From NCBI GenBank assembly GCA_964391735.1, contig CAYMNF010000003.1:2798-66797 (forward strand): a DNA stretch of 64,000 nucleotides, in the 5' to 3' direction. Position 1 is the first letter of the stretch. Each line of letters starts with the position of its first letter. This DNA is from an uncultured Bacteroides sp. GTDB taxonomy: Bacteria > Bacteroidota > Bacteroidia > Bacteroidales > Muribaculaceae. A model generated the notes under the pieces. It made no database searches. It saw nothing but the letters and a program-made list of their open reading frames with translations, and was not told the DNA's origin. The translations under genes were made by a program, and so were the position numbers. Of the stretch, positions 48,758 through 58,160 are shown in pieces.

Positions 48758-49546
48758 ATGGGTAAAGTTATTGCAATAGCTAACCAAAAAGGGGGTGTGG
48801 GCAAAACCACCACCACCATCAATCTTGGGGCCTCCCTGGCAGCCGAGGGGAAAAAAGTTCTGATTGTCGATGCCGACCCTCAGGCCAACGCCACATCCGG
48901 TTATGGCATTGACCCGCGCAGCATGGAGAGCTCGATATATGAGTGCCTTGTTGACGAGTACCCCATGGACGGCTCACAGGTTGCAACATGTGTCAAGGGG
49001 CTTGACCTGGTGGGTAGCCGCATTGACCTGGCCGGGGCCGAGATTGAACTTGTGAGCAAGCCTGAGCGCGAGCGCGTGATGGAGCACGCTCTTGAGGGTA
49101 TCCGTGACAAGTATGACTATGTCCTTATTGACTGTTCCCCCTCCCTGGGACTGATTACCGTCAACGCCCTCACGGCTGCCGACTCGGTAATCATACCCGT
49201 GCAGGCTGAATACTTCGCCCTCGAGGGTATTACCAAACTGTTGAACACCATACGCATCATCAAGTCCAAACTTAACCGTAATCTTGAGATTGAGGGTTTC
49301 CTGTTGACAATGTACGATGCCCGCCTGCGACTGGCCAACCAGATATATGAGGAGCTGAAAGGGCACTTCGCCACAATGGTCTTTGACACGGTTATCCCGC
49401 GTAACATCCGCCTTAGCGAGGCCCCGAGCCACGGGTTGCCGGCCCTTATGTACGCCCCTGAGAGCCGCGGTGCAACCAGCCACGTGGCCCTGGCAAAGGA
49501 ACTGATAAAACGTAATCGCAAACCGGCCTCAACAAAACAGAAATAA
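48758..49546 (+). CDS. parA: ParA family chromosome partitioning ATPase
   Basis: MGKVIAIANQKGGVGKTTTTINL deviant Walker A and VLIDCSPSLG. Start at the internal Met5. Confidence 0.93.
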   Translation: MGKVIAIANQKGGVGKTTTTINLGASLAAEGKKVLIVDADPQANATSGYGIDPRSMESSIYECLVDEYPMDGSQVATCVKGLDLVGSRIDLAGAEIELVSKPERERVMEHALEGIRDKYDYVLIDCSPSLGLITVNALTAADSVIIPVQAEYFALEGITKLLNTIRIIKSKLNRNLEIEGFLLTMYDARLRLANQIYEELKGHFATMVFDTVIPRNIRLSEAPSHGLPALMYAPESRGATSHVALAKELIKRNRKPASTKQK

Positions 49547-50424
49547 TGGCACAATCAAAACGCAATGCCTTGGGTCGCGGGCTGGACTCGCTGATTTCAA
49601 TGGATGACACCCCCGCACGCGGCACATCGGCGATAAACGAGATTCAGCTTGACCGCATTACGCCCAATCCCGACCAGCCGCGTCGCATATTCGACGACGA
49701 GTCCCTTGAGGAGCTCGCCGGTTCCATTCGTGAATTGGGCATAATTCAGCCCCTTTCCCTAAGAAAGACCGGGCCTGATACCTACCAGATTATCGCCGGC
49801 GAGCGTCGTTTCAGGGCCGCAAAACTGGCCGGGTTACAAAGCGTCCCCGCATACATACGCACGGCCAATGACACCGAGCTCACCGAGATGGCCCTCATTG
49901 AAAACATTCAGCGTGAGGACCTTAACGCCATTGAGATTGCCCTGACGTTTAAGAAACTTATCGAGCAATACTCACTGACACAGGAGCGGCTGAGCGAGCG
50001 CATAGGCAAGAAGCGCGCCACCATAGCCAACTTCCTGCGGTTGCTGAAGTTGCCCGCCGAGGTGCAGTTGGGGCTGCGTGACAAGCGCGTTGACATGGGG
50101 CATGCCCGTGCACTGCTGTCAATCGACGACCCCACAAAGCAATTGCGCCTGTATGAGCAGATTTTGCGTGAGGGGCTGTCGGTGCGCCGCGTTGAAGAGC
50201 TCGCTCGCAAGATGCGTCAGCAACAGGATGACGACCGCTCGCGCAGTGGCAACAGTCCGCAAAACCGCCAGAACTTCGACCAGCTGAAGGCACACCTCTC
50301 TAACCGATTCGCCACCCCGGTGGGTTTCTCATGCGATGCTAAGGGTAAGGGAAAGATTACCTTCTCATTCAGCAACGAGGCCGAACTTGAAAGATTAATT
50401 ACTATATTTGATAGTCTTAAATAG
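49546..50424 (+). CDS. parB: ParB/Spo0J chromosome partitioning protein
   Basis: PNPDQPRR, IIAGERRFRAAKLAG and an HTH (ERLSERIGKKRATIANFLRLL). Confidence 0.93.
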   Translation: MAQSKRNALGRGLDSLISMDDTPARGTSAINEIQLDRITPNPDQPRRIFDDESLEELAGSIRELGIIQPLSLRKTGPDTYQIIAGERRFRAAKLAGLQSVPAYIRTANDTELTEMALIENIQREDLNAIEIALTFKKLIEQYSLTQERLSERIGKKRATIANFLRLLKLPAEVQLGLRDKRVDMGHARALLSIDDPTKQLRLYEQILREGLSVRRVEELARKMRQQQDDDRSRSGNSPQNRQNFDQLKAHLSNRFATPVGFSCDAKGKGKITFSFSNEAELERLITIFDSLK

Positions 50425-50477
50425 TAACATAACCTTATGACTAAGGCCTATGTGGCTGAAAGTCAGCTTTTAACACC

Positions 50478-51341
50478 GTGATGCCAAAAAACCGCCATAA
50501 CGACACCGTTTGCCGTTCACACCTCGTCAAAGGGGTGATTTTGGTGGTTTTATTGGCCTGTGGGGGAGCAATTAACATTTTTTCCGTTAATCTTTCACAA
50601 AAACCCGAGACACCCACAACCCTCCCGGTTGAGCCCGCGGCTGTGCAAGCCCAACCCACGCGCCCGTCCAAGATTGAGGGCGGACACCGGCGCTTACGCA
50701 CGGCAGTTGACAACGACCAATGGCCCGACACCTTGACGGCCCCGATGCCTCAGCAGGGAACCTTGGCTGTGGTGGGTGAGGAGTTCCAAACCGACTCTAT
50801 CCCCGGCACTATAAAGGTGGATAAGTGGGAGGAGGTGCGTGTCATCACCTTTAACCCCGACCCCACGCGCGCGGTATGGATGTCGGCCCTGTTCCCCGGC
50901 TTGGGACAGCTCTACAACCGCCGGTACTGGAAGCTGCCCATCATCGTCGGCGGTTTCATGGGGCTGGGTTATGCAACATCATGGAACAACTCAATGTTGA
51001 GGGATTATACCAGGGCATACGCCGACATAATGGATAATGACCCCTCAACTAACAGTTATATGAACTTTTTCCCGCCCACGACAAGTGAGGGGGACCTTAA
51101 TAAAACATGGCTGCAAAATGTGCTGAAGTCCCGAAAAGATTTTTATCGCCGCAACCGTGACCTGTGCATAATATCTATGGTGGGGGTTTACCTGCTGGCA
51201 ATGGTTGACGCATACGTTGACGCCTCATTGTCACACTTCGACATCTCACCGCAACTGTCGATGAACGTGGCCCCGGCTCTGATACAGGAGTCACGTGATC
51301 AGTTGCCGAGCATAGGCCTGCAGTGGGCTCTCAACTTCTGA
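50478..51341 (+). CDS. DUF5683-like membrane protein
   Basis: SALFPGLGQLYNRRYWKLPIIVGGFMGLGY motif. The gene sits between parB and a lytic transglycosylase gene. The family name is recalled, not searched. Confidence 0.55.
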   Translation: MMPKNRHNDTVCRSHLVKGVILVVLLACGGAINIFSVNLSQKPETPTTLPVEPAAVQAQPTRPSKIEGGHRRLRTAVDNDQWPDTLTAPMPQQGTLAVVGEEFQTDSIPGTIKVDKWEEVRVITFNPDPTRAVWMSALFPGLGQLYNRRYWKLPIIVGGFMGLGYATSWNNSMLRDYTRAYADIMDNDPSTNSYMNFFPPTTSEGDLNKTWLQNVLKSRKDFYRRNRDLCIISMVGVYLLAMVDAYVDASLSHFDISPQLSMNVAPALIQESRDQLPSIGLQWALNF

Positions 51342-51372
51342 CCTCCTTTCAGGACTGCCACACACAACAACA

Positions 51373-53439
51373 ATGATGATGAAAAAAATTATATCTGCCT
51401 TTTTGATGCTTGCCGCTGCAACCACCGCCAGTCAGTTGGTGGCCGCGCCATCCATCCTTGACCTTAAACACTCAATCACCGACAGCGAGCTTGTGCCCCC
51501 CGAAAGTTTCGAGACCAAGGCACGTGAGCTTGAGGAGAATTTCTATCTGCAGAACTATACCGTCGTTGACCGCAAGAACAAGGGTGAGCAGTTTGCATCC
51601 CCCAAGGTGTATGAGGAGCGCCTCACTGCTCTGCCCACCGAGATTGAGATGCCCTACAATGACATTGTGCGCCGCTTCATCGAGATGTATCTGGGCAAGC
51701 GCCGCAACCAACTCGCCGACATGCTGGCTCTCCACACCTATTACGGCAACATTTTCCTTGAGGAATTGGTGAAGGAGGGGATGCCCACCGAGCTGCAGTA
51801 TCTGCCCGTCATTGAGAGTGCCCTCAACCCCAATGCCGTCAGCTCAGCCGGCGCCGGCGGCCTGTGGCAGTTTATGCCCTCAACAGCAAAAGGGATGGGC
51901 ATGGAGGTGAACTCTCTGGTGGATGAGCGGCGTGACCCGCGCATGTCGTCACAGAAAGCCGCCAAGTATCTCCATGACCTCTATGATATATACGGTGACT
52001 GGTCACTGGCCATTGCCGCATACAACTGTGGCCCCGGCAACGTCAACAAGGCCATGAGGCGTGCCGGCGGCGGCAAAAAGGATTTCTGGGAAATTTATAA
52101 CTATCTCCCCAAGGAGACCCGCAGCTATGTCCCCGCTTTCATCGCCGCCAACTATGTCATGAACTATCATGACCGCCACGGCATATCTCCCACAGTTGTC
52201 AAGAAGCACCTCACCACCGATACAGTTCAGGTGAAGAATCGTGTACACCTGCGCCAGATTGCCGATGTGCTCCAGATTCCCCTTGAGGAAATCAGGATGC
52301 TCAACCCGCAGTTCCGCAAGGATATAATCCCCGGCAGTGAGCACCGCTCATACGCCCTGACGCTGCCCACTCAGCAATGCCTGGCATATGTGATGAGCGA
52401 GGAGGAGATCCTGGCCCACGATGCCGAGTTGTATGCCCAGCGCACGCACGTTGAGCCCGGTGAGCGTACCCACGGCAACGAGAACTCCGGCGAGGAGGTG
52501 GCCGAGAATGCTCCGGCCCCCAACGGCGAGGACGCTCCCTCGGTGCAACAACCTGCCACCGATGTGGCACAAGGTCCCGCACCCGCTGTTGAGCAGAACG
52601 GGGTACGCCGTATCACGCACACCGTTGAGCGTGGCGAGTCCCTCAAGGACATTGCCCGCCGGTATGGCGTCTCAGCCACAGACCTCAAGCGCTGGAACCA
52701 CCTGCGTCGCGGCAAGGTGAAGGACGGCGACCGCCTGGTGGTGGAATTGGGTACTGCCGCCGAGGCCGGCGAGCAGCTTGCCCAGGTGCCCGAGCGCCAA
52801 CGCCGTACACTGCGCAATACCACAAATGAGACTTCCGTGCCCCTGCCCCCGGCAAAGAAGGAACCCGCCCCGCAGCCGCAGGTGCCCGCGGTGAAAAACA
52901 CCAAGCCTACCCGCGTCAGCGAGCCGGTGCCTGAACTGCCCCAACGCACAGCACGCCCCACGCGCGCGCAGTCTGACAACCGCCGTGCCGACCGCCAGAA
53001 CGCCGAGAACGATGCCCCGGCTACCCAGAACAAGAAGAAGCGCGCCGAGCAGGCAGCCCCCGAACAGCCCGCTAACAAAAAGAAGAAGGCCAACAGCAAC
53101 AACGACCGCCAGAACAACCAAAAGCAGGCCAACCAAAACAACAACAAGAAGAAAAAGAAGAACCAGCAGCCCAAAGAGCCGCCTACAAAGGAATATACCG
53201 TCAAGAAGGGTGACACCCTTGAGGAACTGGCACGCAAGAACAACACCACAGTTGATGCTATCCGCCAGGCTAACGGAATCAAGAAGACCTCAGACTTCAT
53301 CAACATTGACCAGAAGCTGAAGATTCCCAAGGGCTCAAAGGCCAACGACAAAAAGAATAAGAAGGAGGATTCGAAGTCCGGCAAAAACTCCAAAAAGAAC
53401 AACAGCAAGAGCAGTAAAAACAGCAAGAAGAAGCGCTGA
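51373..53439 (+). CDS. Lytic transglycosylase (MltD-like: SLT domain plus 2 LysM) with long low-complexity basic linker and tail
   Basis: SLT motif VIESALNPNAVSSAGAGGLWQFMPSTA. LysM modules at HTVERGESLKDIARRYGVSATDLKRWN and YTVKKGDTLEELARKNNTTVDAIRQAN. The region between them is rich in K/N/Q/P. Confidence 0.8.
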   Translation: MMMKKIISAFLMLAAATTASQLVAAPSILDLKHSITDSELVPPESFETKARELEENFYLQNYTVVDRKNKGEQFASPKVYEERLTALPTEIEMPYNDIVRRFIEMYLGKRRNQLADMLALHTYYGNIFLEELVKEGMPTELQYLPVIESALNPNAVSSAGAGGLWQFMPSTAKGMGMEVNSLVDERRDPRMSSQKAAKYLHDLYDIYGDWSLAIAAYNCGPGNVNKAMRRAGGGKKDFWEIYNYLPKETRSYVPAFIAANYVMNYHDRHGISPTVVKKHLTTDTVQVKNRVHLRQIADVLQIPLEEIRMLNPQFRKDIIPGSEHRSYALTLPTQQCLAYVMSEEEILAHDAELYAQRTHVEPGERTHGNENSGEEVAENAPAPNGEDAPSVQQPATDVAQGPAPAVEQNGVRRITHTVERGESLKDIARRYGVSATDLKRWNHLRRGKVKDGDRLVVELGTAAEAGEQLAQVPERQRRTLRNTTNETSVPLPPAKKEPAPQPQVPAVKNTKPTRVSEPVPELPQRTARPTRAQSDNRRADRQNAENDAPATQNKKKRAEQAAPEQPANKKKKANSNNDRQNNQKQANQNNNKKKKKNQQPKEPPTKEYTVKKGDTLEELARKNNTTVDAIRQANGIKKTSDFINIDQKLKIPKGSKANDKKNKKEDSKSGKNSKKNNSKSSKNSKKKR

Positions 53440-53570
53440 TAATTCCGCCGATTCTGCCGGCATACTCAGGCTGTAGAGTTACCTAATCATCATCGTTGCC
53501 GAGGGGCCGGGCCAACAAATTGCCCGCCCCTCGGTTTATATTTATACAGGCCCTCCTTACAATAATTTGC

Positions 53571-54872
53571 ATGACAATGAAAGCACCACTTGCCGAACGC
53601 ATGCGCCCGCGCACCCTTGATGAATACATCGGGCAGACCCACCTTGTGGGCTCTGACGGTGTCATACGCCGCATGGCACAAACCGGTAATGTCGCCTCCT
53701 TCATCCTGTGGGGCCCTCCCGGGGTCGGTAAGACCACCCTTGCGCGTATCGTCGCATCCACGGTCGAGGCTCCTTTCTACACCTTGTCGGCCGTCAGCGC
53801 GGGGGTGAAAGAGGTGCGCGATGTCATTGCGCGCTGTCAGGCTGACGCATCGGGGCTCTTCGCAAATCGCCGCCCCATCCTGTTTATCGATGAGATTCAC
53901 CGCTTCAGCAAGTCGCAACAAGACAGCCTGTTGGGGGCTGTCGAGAAGGGTATCGTAACGCTGATAGGCGCCACCACAGAGAATCCCTCGTTTGAGGTCA
54001 TATCCCCGCTGCTGTCGAGGGCGCAGGTGTACACCCTCAACCCCCTCAGTGACGAAAACCTGCAACAACTGCTTGACCGCACCCTCGCTTCACCCCGCGG
54101 GCTTGCCGACCGCAAAGTGGATGTGCAACAGACCGCAGCCCTCTTCCGTTTCGCCGGCGGCGACGGCCGCAAACTGCTCAATATTCTCGACCTCCTTGAC
54201 CAGGCCTCTGACCCCTCTGAGCCCCTGGTGATTACCGACGAACTGGTAACCCGCTCGCTGCAGAAAAACCCCGCCGCGTATGACAAAAACGGGGAACTGC
54301 ACTACGATATCATCTCGGCATTCATCAAGAGCGTGCGGGGTAGCGACCCCGATGCCGCCATTTACTGGCTCGCGCGGATGATTGAGGGTGGAGAGGACCC
54401 TGAGTTCATTGCCCGCCGCCTGGTGATTCTGTCGGCCGAGGATATCGGCCTGGCAAACCCAAACGCCCTGGTGGTGGCAAATGCCGCTTTTGACGTTATC
54501 CGTAAAATCGGCTGGCCTGAGGGGCGCATTCCCCTGGCTGAGTGCGTCGTATATCTGGCCACCTCCCCCAAGAGCAACTCGGCATACATGGCTATTGACG
54601 AGGCTATGCGCCTGGTGCGTGAAACCGGCAATCAGCCCGTGCCCCTGCACCTGCGCAATGCACCCACCAAGTTGATGAAGGAGTTGGGATACGGCGCCGA
54701 CTATAAGTATGCCCACGCCTATAAGGGGAACTTCGTGCGCCAGCAGTTTATGCCCGAGGCTTTGGGGCATCACAACTTCTGGCAGCCCGGCGACAACCCC
54801 TCTGAGCAGCGCATGGCCGCGCTCCAGAACCAACGATGGGCCCAAAATCCACCCGAAGAACCCCCAAAATAA
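53571..54872 (+). CDS. rarA: Replication-associated recombination protein A (AAA+ ATPase)
   Basis: LAERMRPRTLDEYIGQTHL, GPPGVGKTTLA, LFIDEIHRF and the MgsA C-terminal domain (YWLARMIEGGEDP). Start at the internal Met26. Confidence 0.92.
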   Translation: MTMKAPLAERMRPRTLDEYIGQTHLVGSDGVIRRMAQTGNVASFILWGPPGVGKTTLARIVASTVEAPFYTLSAVSAGVKEVRDVIARCQADASGLFANRRPILFIDEIHRFSKSQQDSLLGAVEKGIVTLIGATTENPSFEVISPLLSRAQVYTLNPLSDENLQQLLDRTLASPRGLADRKVDVQQTAALFRFAGGDGRKLLNILDLLDQASDPSEPLVITDELVTRSLQKNPAAYDKNGELHYDIISAFIKSVRGSDPDAAIYWLARMIEGGEDPEFIARRLVILSAEDIGLANPNALVVANAAFDVIRKIGWPEGRIPLAECVVYLATSPKSNSAYMAIDEAMRLVRETGNQPVPLHLRNAPTKLMKELGYGADYKYAHAYKGNFVRQQFMPEALGHHNFWQPGDNPSEQRMAALQNQRWAQNPPEEPPK

Positions 54873-55043
54873 CCGTTTTTTAGGCCAAATCGCCACCCCT
54901 TTCGCACCCTTTTTGGCTGTGCGTTTTGCGTTTTGCGGAATAATACGTACCTTTGTGCGCTTATTGCTGCCTGCCGACTTCTCGGCCGCAATAGCGCAGT
55001 TTTCTTTGATTAAAACAAATAAAAAATTACCACATAACACGCA

Positions 55044-57158
55044 ATGGCAACCTTAGAGAAAATCAGGAGCAAATCAGTGCTTCTTCTCATTATCATCGCC
55101 TTGGCCCTGTTAGCCTTTATCTTGACTGACTTCTTCAACTCAAGTCGCACCATTTTCGGTACGGGCACAACCGTGGCCAAAGTTGACGGCGAGAAAATCA
55201 GCATCAACGAACTGTCGGCCTACACTGCCGAACACCAGCAGCAAAATCCTAACATTGACGGTGCCACTCAGCAGGCCATGGCTCTGCGCCAACTGGCTAC
55301 CGAGCGCTTGCTCGCCAAGGAGTATGAGCGCCTGGGCCTCACCGTCACCAACGAGGAGCTTACTCAGTGGATGCTGGGTTCAGGCTCGCCGGTGATGATG
55401 CAGAAAAATGCGCAGCTGTTCCAGCAGTTGGGCATGGATGCCAAGTCGCTGTATGATATGGTGATGAACCCCTCAAAGTATAACCTCTCACCCGAGCAGG
55501 CCGACGCCCTGCGCCGCCAGTGGAATCAGCTTGAGAAACAAGAGTCTGACTTCCTGCTGCAAACCAAGTTCGGCGTGATGATGGGTGTCTTCACCTCAAA
55601 CAACCTTGACCTCAAGAGGCTCTATAACGACAGCCGCACCCTCGCAAGCTTTGAGTACACTCGCTACCCCTACTCAAAGGAGGATGACAAAAACTATAAA
55701 GTCTGCGATGAGGAGATCAACAAATACTGGGATGAGCACAAGGAGGAGTACAAACTCCCCTACCACCAGAAGGGCCGCAGCGTCAGCGTTATCAACGTCA
55801 ACGTTACCCCCAGCCCCAAGGACCGCCAGAAGGCCACCGAGCTGATGGCTAAGGCTAATGAGGCGCTCAAGACGCAGGAGGGTACCTCAGGCGTGGACGC
55901 CATGGGCGACCTCGTGGTCTCAACTCTCTGGGTTACCTCAAACTCAGCTAAGAGCCAGCGCGTGCCCATGGAGATGCGCACTGCCCTGTCGATGCTCAGC
56001 GCCGACACCGCAGGCGTTAACGCTGTGGTGCAGCTCCCCCAGACCTCTCCCAATGTCTACACCCTGGCAAAACTGCTTGAGACTAAACCTGAGGTTGACT
56101 CAATCTCAATCACCTCAGGCCTGGTGCCCGCCGCTATGGCTACAACCCAGTGGCTCGACTCAATCAACGCCGCCAACGTAAACCTCGCTGCCCTCAAGGG
56201 TATGCAGGACGTTGAGGTTGACTCAATGTCATTGTCAATGATTGAGCTCGCCGGCCAACCTATCTATGACTCTGTCAACAACATGCCCGTTGGTCAGTTC
56301 CAGGTGCTCACCTTCCCCGGCCAACAGACCCCCGAGGGTTATAAACTGATTGCCCGCGTTGACCGCCGCTCAGCTCCCGTGACAGCTTACAACATTGCCA
56401 CCGTCACCTACACCCTCGAGCCCTCAAGCGCAACCCTCACCAAGGCTCAGAGCGATCTCGCACGCTACATCAACCAGAACAATACCGCCGAGCAGTTCAT
56501 CAACAATGCCTCAAAGGCCGGTTATGATGTCATGAACCTGATCCTCACCCCCAGCACTCCCTCACTCGGCAATATCCGCGATACCAAACAGGGCGTGGCT
56601 TGGGCATTCAAGCACAAGAAAGGTGAGGTTTCACCCCTCTTCACCGACGAGACCGAGACAAACTTCTATGCCGTGGCTATTGACGATGTATACAACAACG
56701 AATACATCCCCGCTACCAACGCCGAGCTGCGCAAGAACATCACCGAGATTCTCGTAAACAAGAAGAAAGGTGAGGCATTGGCCAAGCGCTTCAAGGGCAA
56801 AGCCCAGAACGTGCAGGGTTACGCCGAGGCTTTTGGCGGGGCTCCCGTCACCACCGGCCGCGCCGCCCTGTTGGTTCCCGTGCAGAACCCCATGACAGGC
56901 CAGGTTGAGAACGCCGTAACCATGGCAGCAGTCAACGGCAAGCCCGGCACCATCGCCGGCCCCATCGCCGGTCTCACCGACCTCTGGGTTATCCAGGTTA
57001 CCGGCAACGAGCAGAACCCCACACCCTACAACGCTCAGCAAATGGCCAACATCTACCAGCAGAGCGTAATCGGCCCGTCACTCTCAAACCCCTTTGACCT
57101 GCTCATCGGTAACAAAGAATTCAAAGACAACTCACTTGAGTTCACCAAGGATGAGTAA
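55044..57158 (+). CDS. Periplasmic chaperone / peptidyl-prolyl isomerase D-like protein
   Basis: 704 aa. N-terminus MATLEKIRSKSVLLLIIIALALLAFILTDFF matches the PpiD-type anchor. The body is SurA-like. Confidence 0.7.
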   Translation: MATLEKIRSKSVLLLIIIALALLAFILTDFFNSSRTIFGTGTTVAKVDGEKISINELSAYTAEHQQQNPNIDGATQQAMALRQLATERLLAKEYERLGLTVTNEELTQWMLGSGSPVMMQKNAQLFQQLGMDAKSLYDMVMNPSKYNLSPEQADALRRQWNQLEKQESDFLLQTKFGVMMGVFTSNNLDLKRLYNDSRTLASFEYTRYPYSKEDDKNYKVCDEEINKYWDEHKEEYKLPYHQKGRSVSVINVNVTPSPKDRQKATELMAKANEALKTQEGTSGVDAMGDLVVSTLWVTSNSAKSQRVPMEMRTALSMLSADTAGVNAVVQLPQTSPNVYTLAKLLETKPEVDSISITSGLVPAAMATTQWLDSINAANVNLAALKGMQDVEVDSMSLSMIELAGQPIYDSVNNMPVGQFQVLTFPGQQTPEGYKLIARVDRRSAPVTAYNIATVTYTLEPSSATLTKAQSDLARYINQNNTAEQFINNASKAGYDVMNLILTPSTPSLGNIRDTKQGVAWAFKHKKGEVSPLFTDETETNFYAVAIDDVYNNEYIPATNAELRKNITEILVNKKKGEALAKRFKGKAQNVQGYAEAFGGAPVTTGRAALLVPVQNPMTGQVENAVTMAAVNGKPGTIAGPIAGLTDLWVIQVTGNEQNPTPYNAQQMANIYQQSVIGPSLSNPFDLLIGNKEFKDNSLEFTKDE

Positions 57159-57185
57159 TCATCACTCCTGAACAATATCACCGGA

Positions 57186-57214
57186 CAAGGGCGGGCCTCG
57201 AATGCCCGCCCTTG
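57186..57214 (+). terminator. Terminator-like hairpin after the ppiD-like gene
   Basis: CAAGGGCGGGC-CTCGAAT-GCCCGCCCTTG, a perfect 11-bp stem with a weak U tract. Confidence 0.5.
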
Positions 57215-57236
57215 CTGTTAAAAAACCAACACCACC

Positions 57237-57641
57237 ATGCAGAAACGCGGGATGAGGCTCTACAAAGCCGAGAAACTGTGCTCACAAACGGCTATTGATA
57301 TGCTCTTTGGGCGGACAGCGCGGCCCGGATGCCCGCCCTCCTCCAAGTCCCTGAGTTACCCCTTGCGGGCCGTGTGGATGTCCAATCCTGTCAATGCCGG
57401 GCAGCCCGCCAAGTTCATGATAATGGTCCCCAAGCGCCGCCTCAGACACGCCGTTGACCGCGTGCAGATGCGCCGCCGAATCCGCGAAGCCTACCGCCTC
57501 AACCGCAACCTATTCGAGGCCCAAACCCCCGGTCTGAACATCGCCTTCATCTACGTCGCCGACACCCTCAAGCCCTACGCCGCCATCGACCGCGCCATGC
57601 GCCACCTCCTCACCACCATAGCCGCCAGTGTAAACATCTGA
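57237..57641 (+). CDS. rnpA: Ribonuclease P protein component
   Basis: 134 aa and basic, with VPKRRLRHAVDRVQMRRRIREAYR, the typical RnpA motif. Confidence 0.8.
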   Translation: MQKRGMRLYKAEKLCSQTAIDMLFGRTARPGCPPSSKSLSYPLRAVWMSNPVNAGQPAKFMIMVPKRRLRHAVDRVQMRRRIREAYRLNRNLFEAQTPGLNIAFIYVADTLKPYAAIDRAMRHLLTTIAASVNI

Positions 57642-57680
57642 CGTAGAGCATTATCCATGAGTAATTAAAATGTTCGGCAA

Positions 57681-58145
57681 CAATTATTTACCCCCAATTG
57701 GATTACCGCGAACCTCGACAATCCCGTGGCGCATTTCGGCCCGTTCATGCGAAAAACGTGTATTATTCGACCAATAAATTGGTCGTAACGCATACGTTAA
57801 TGTTTTCCGTGGGTTTCACCCACGGCTACGATCTTGCACCACTACGTGGTGAACACCCGTGCGCTCAATCGGCCGACAATGCAACCGCGTAGCGGTTGAA
57901 TATCGTAGCCGTGGGTGAAACCCACGGAATGCGATAATTAAGGAAAACGACCAATTTATTGGTCGAATAATACCCGTATTCGTGTGTCCGCCGTCCGCCC
58001 CAGGAAAACGCTCTCAACCCTGGGATGAATTTCGGCCGTTCACGTGGGCGCCGCCGGTCGGGTATTATCCCCGGGGGGGGGATAAAATGATGTGAATCAA
58101 TTATTTACCCCGCAATTGGAGAGCCGTGTGTCCCTACGTTCGGGC
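57681..58145. repeat. Composite intergenic repeat block (modules M1-M5, see findings)
   Basis: It contains CAATTGGATTACCGCGAAC (57695..57713), a 218-bp nested palindrome (57758..57975) and GAGCCGTGTGTCCCTACGTTCGGG (58121..58144). All of these recur at 59.4, 60.1-60.65 and 63.6-63.8 kb. Confidence 0.85.
57758..57975. repeat. Long form of the type-A palindromic element (M1 ... M2-M4 > < M4-M2 ... M1rc)
   Basis: Outer arms are GTGTATTATTCGACCAATAAATTGGTCG (57758..57785) and CGACCAATTTATTGGTCGAATAATACCC (57948..57975). Inner inverted hairpins CCGTGGGTTTCACCCACGG (57807..57825) and CCGTGGGTGAAACCCACGG (57909..57927) flank an 83-bp core. Confidence 0.85.
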
Positions 58146-58160
58146 CTTTTTCCCGGCCCG

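Noticed and set aside
52371-53426. 351-aa minus-strand ORF.
   Set aside because: It is antisense to the low-complexity K/N/Q-rich part of the lytic transglycosylase. Its translation is leucine/phenylalanine/serine low complexity, a compositional artefact.
57698-57892. Short ORFs inside the repeat blocks: 57698..57892, 60131..60346, 60181..60480, 60446..60637, 60466..60879, 60502..60813 and 63493..63690. Some share peptides such as MKPTE..RPIYWSNNTR.
   Set aside because: The shared peptides arise because the ORFs read through the same palindromic DNA repeats in either orientation. There is no start context or coding-like composition, and they overlap one another.
58069-58081. Homopolymer run CCCC followed by nine G (58073..58081) as a slipped-strand phase-variation switch.
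   Set aside because: It lies between two convergent gene ends (rnpA and the GT4 gene), not in a promoter or coding start. It appears to be an expanded version of the TATCCCGGG repeat module. Length polymorphism is possible but a regulatory role is unsupported.
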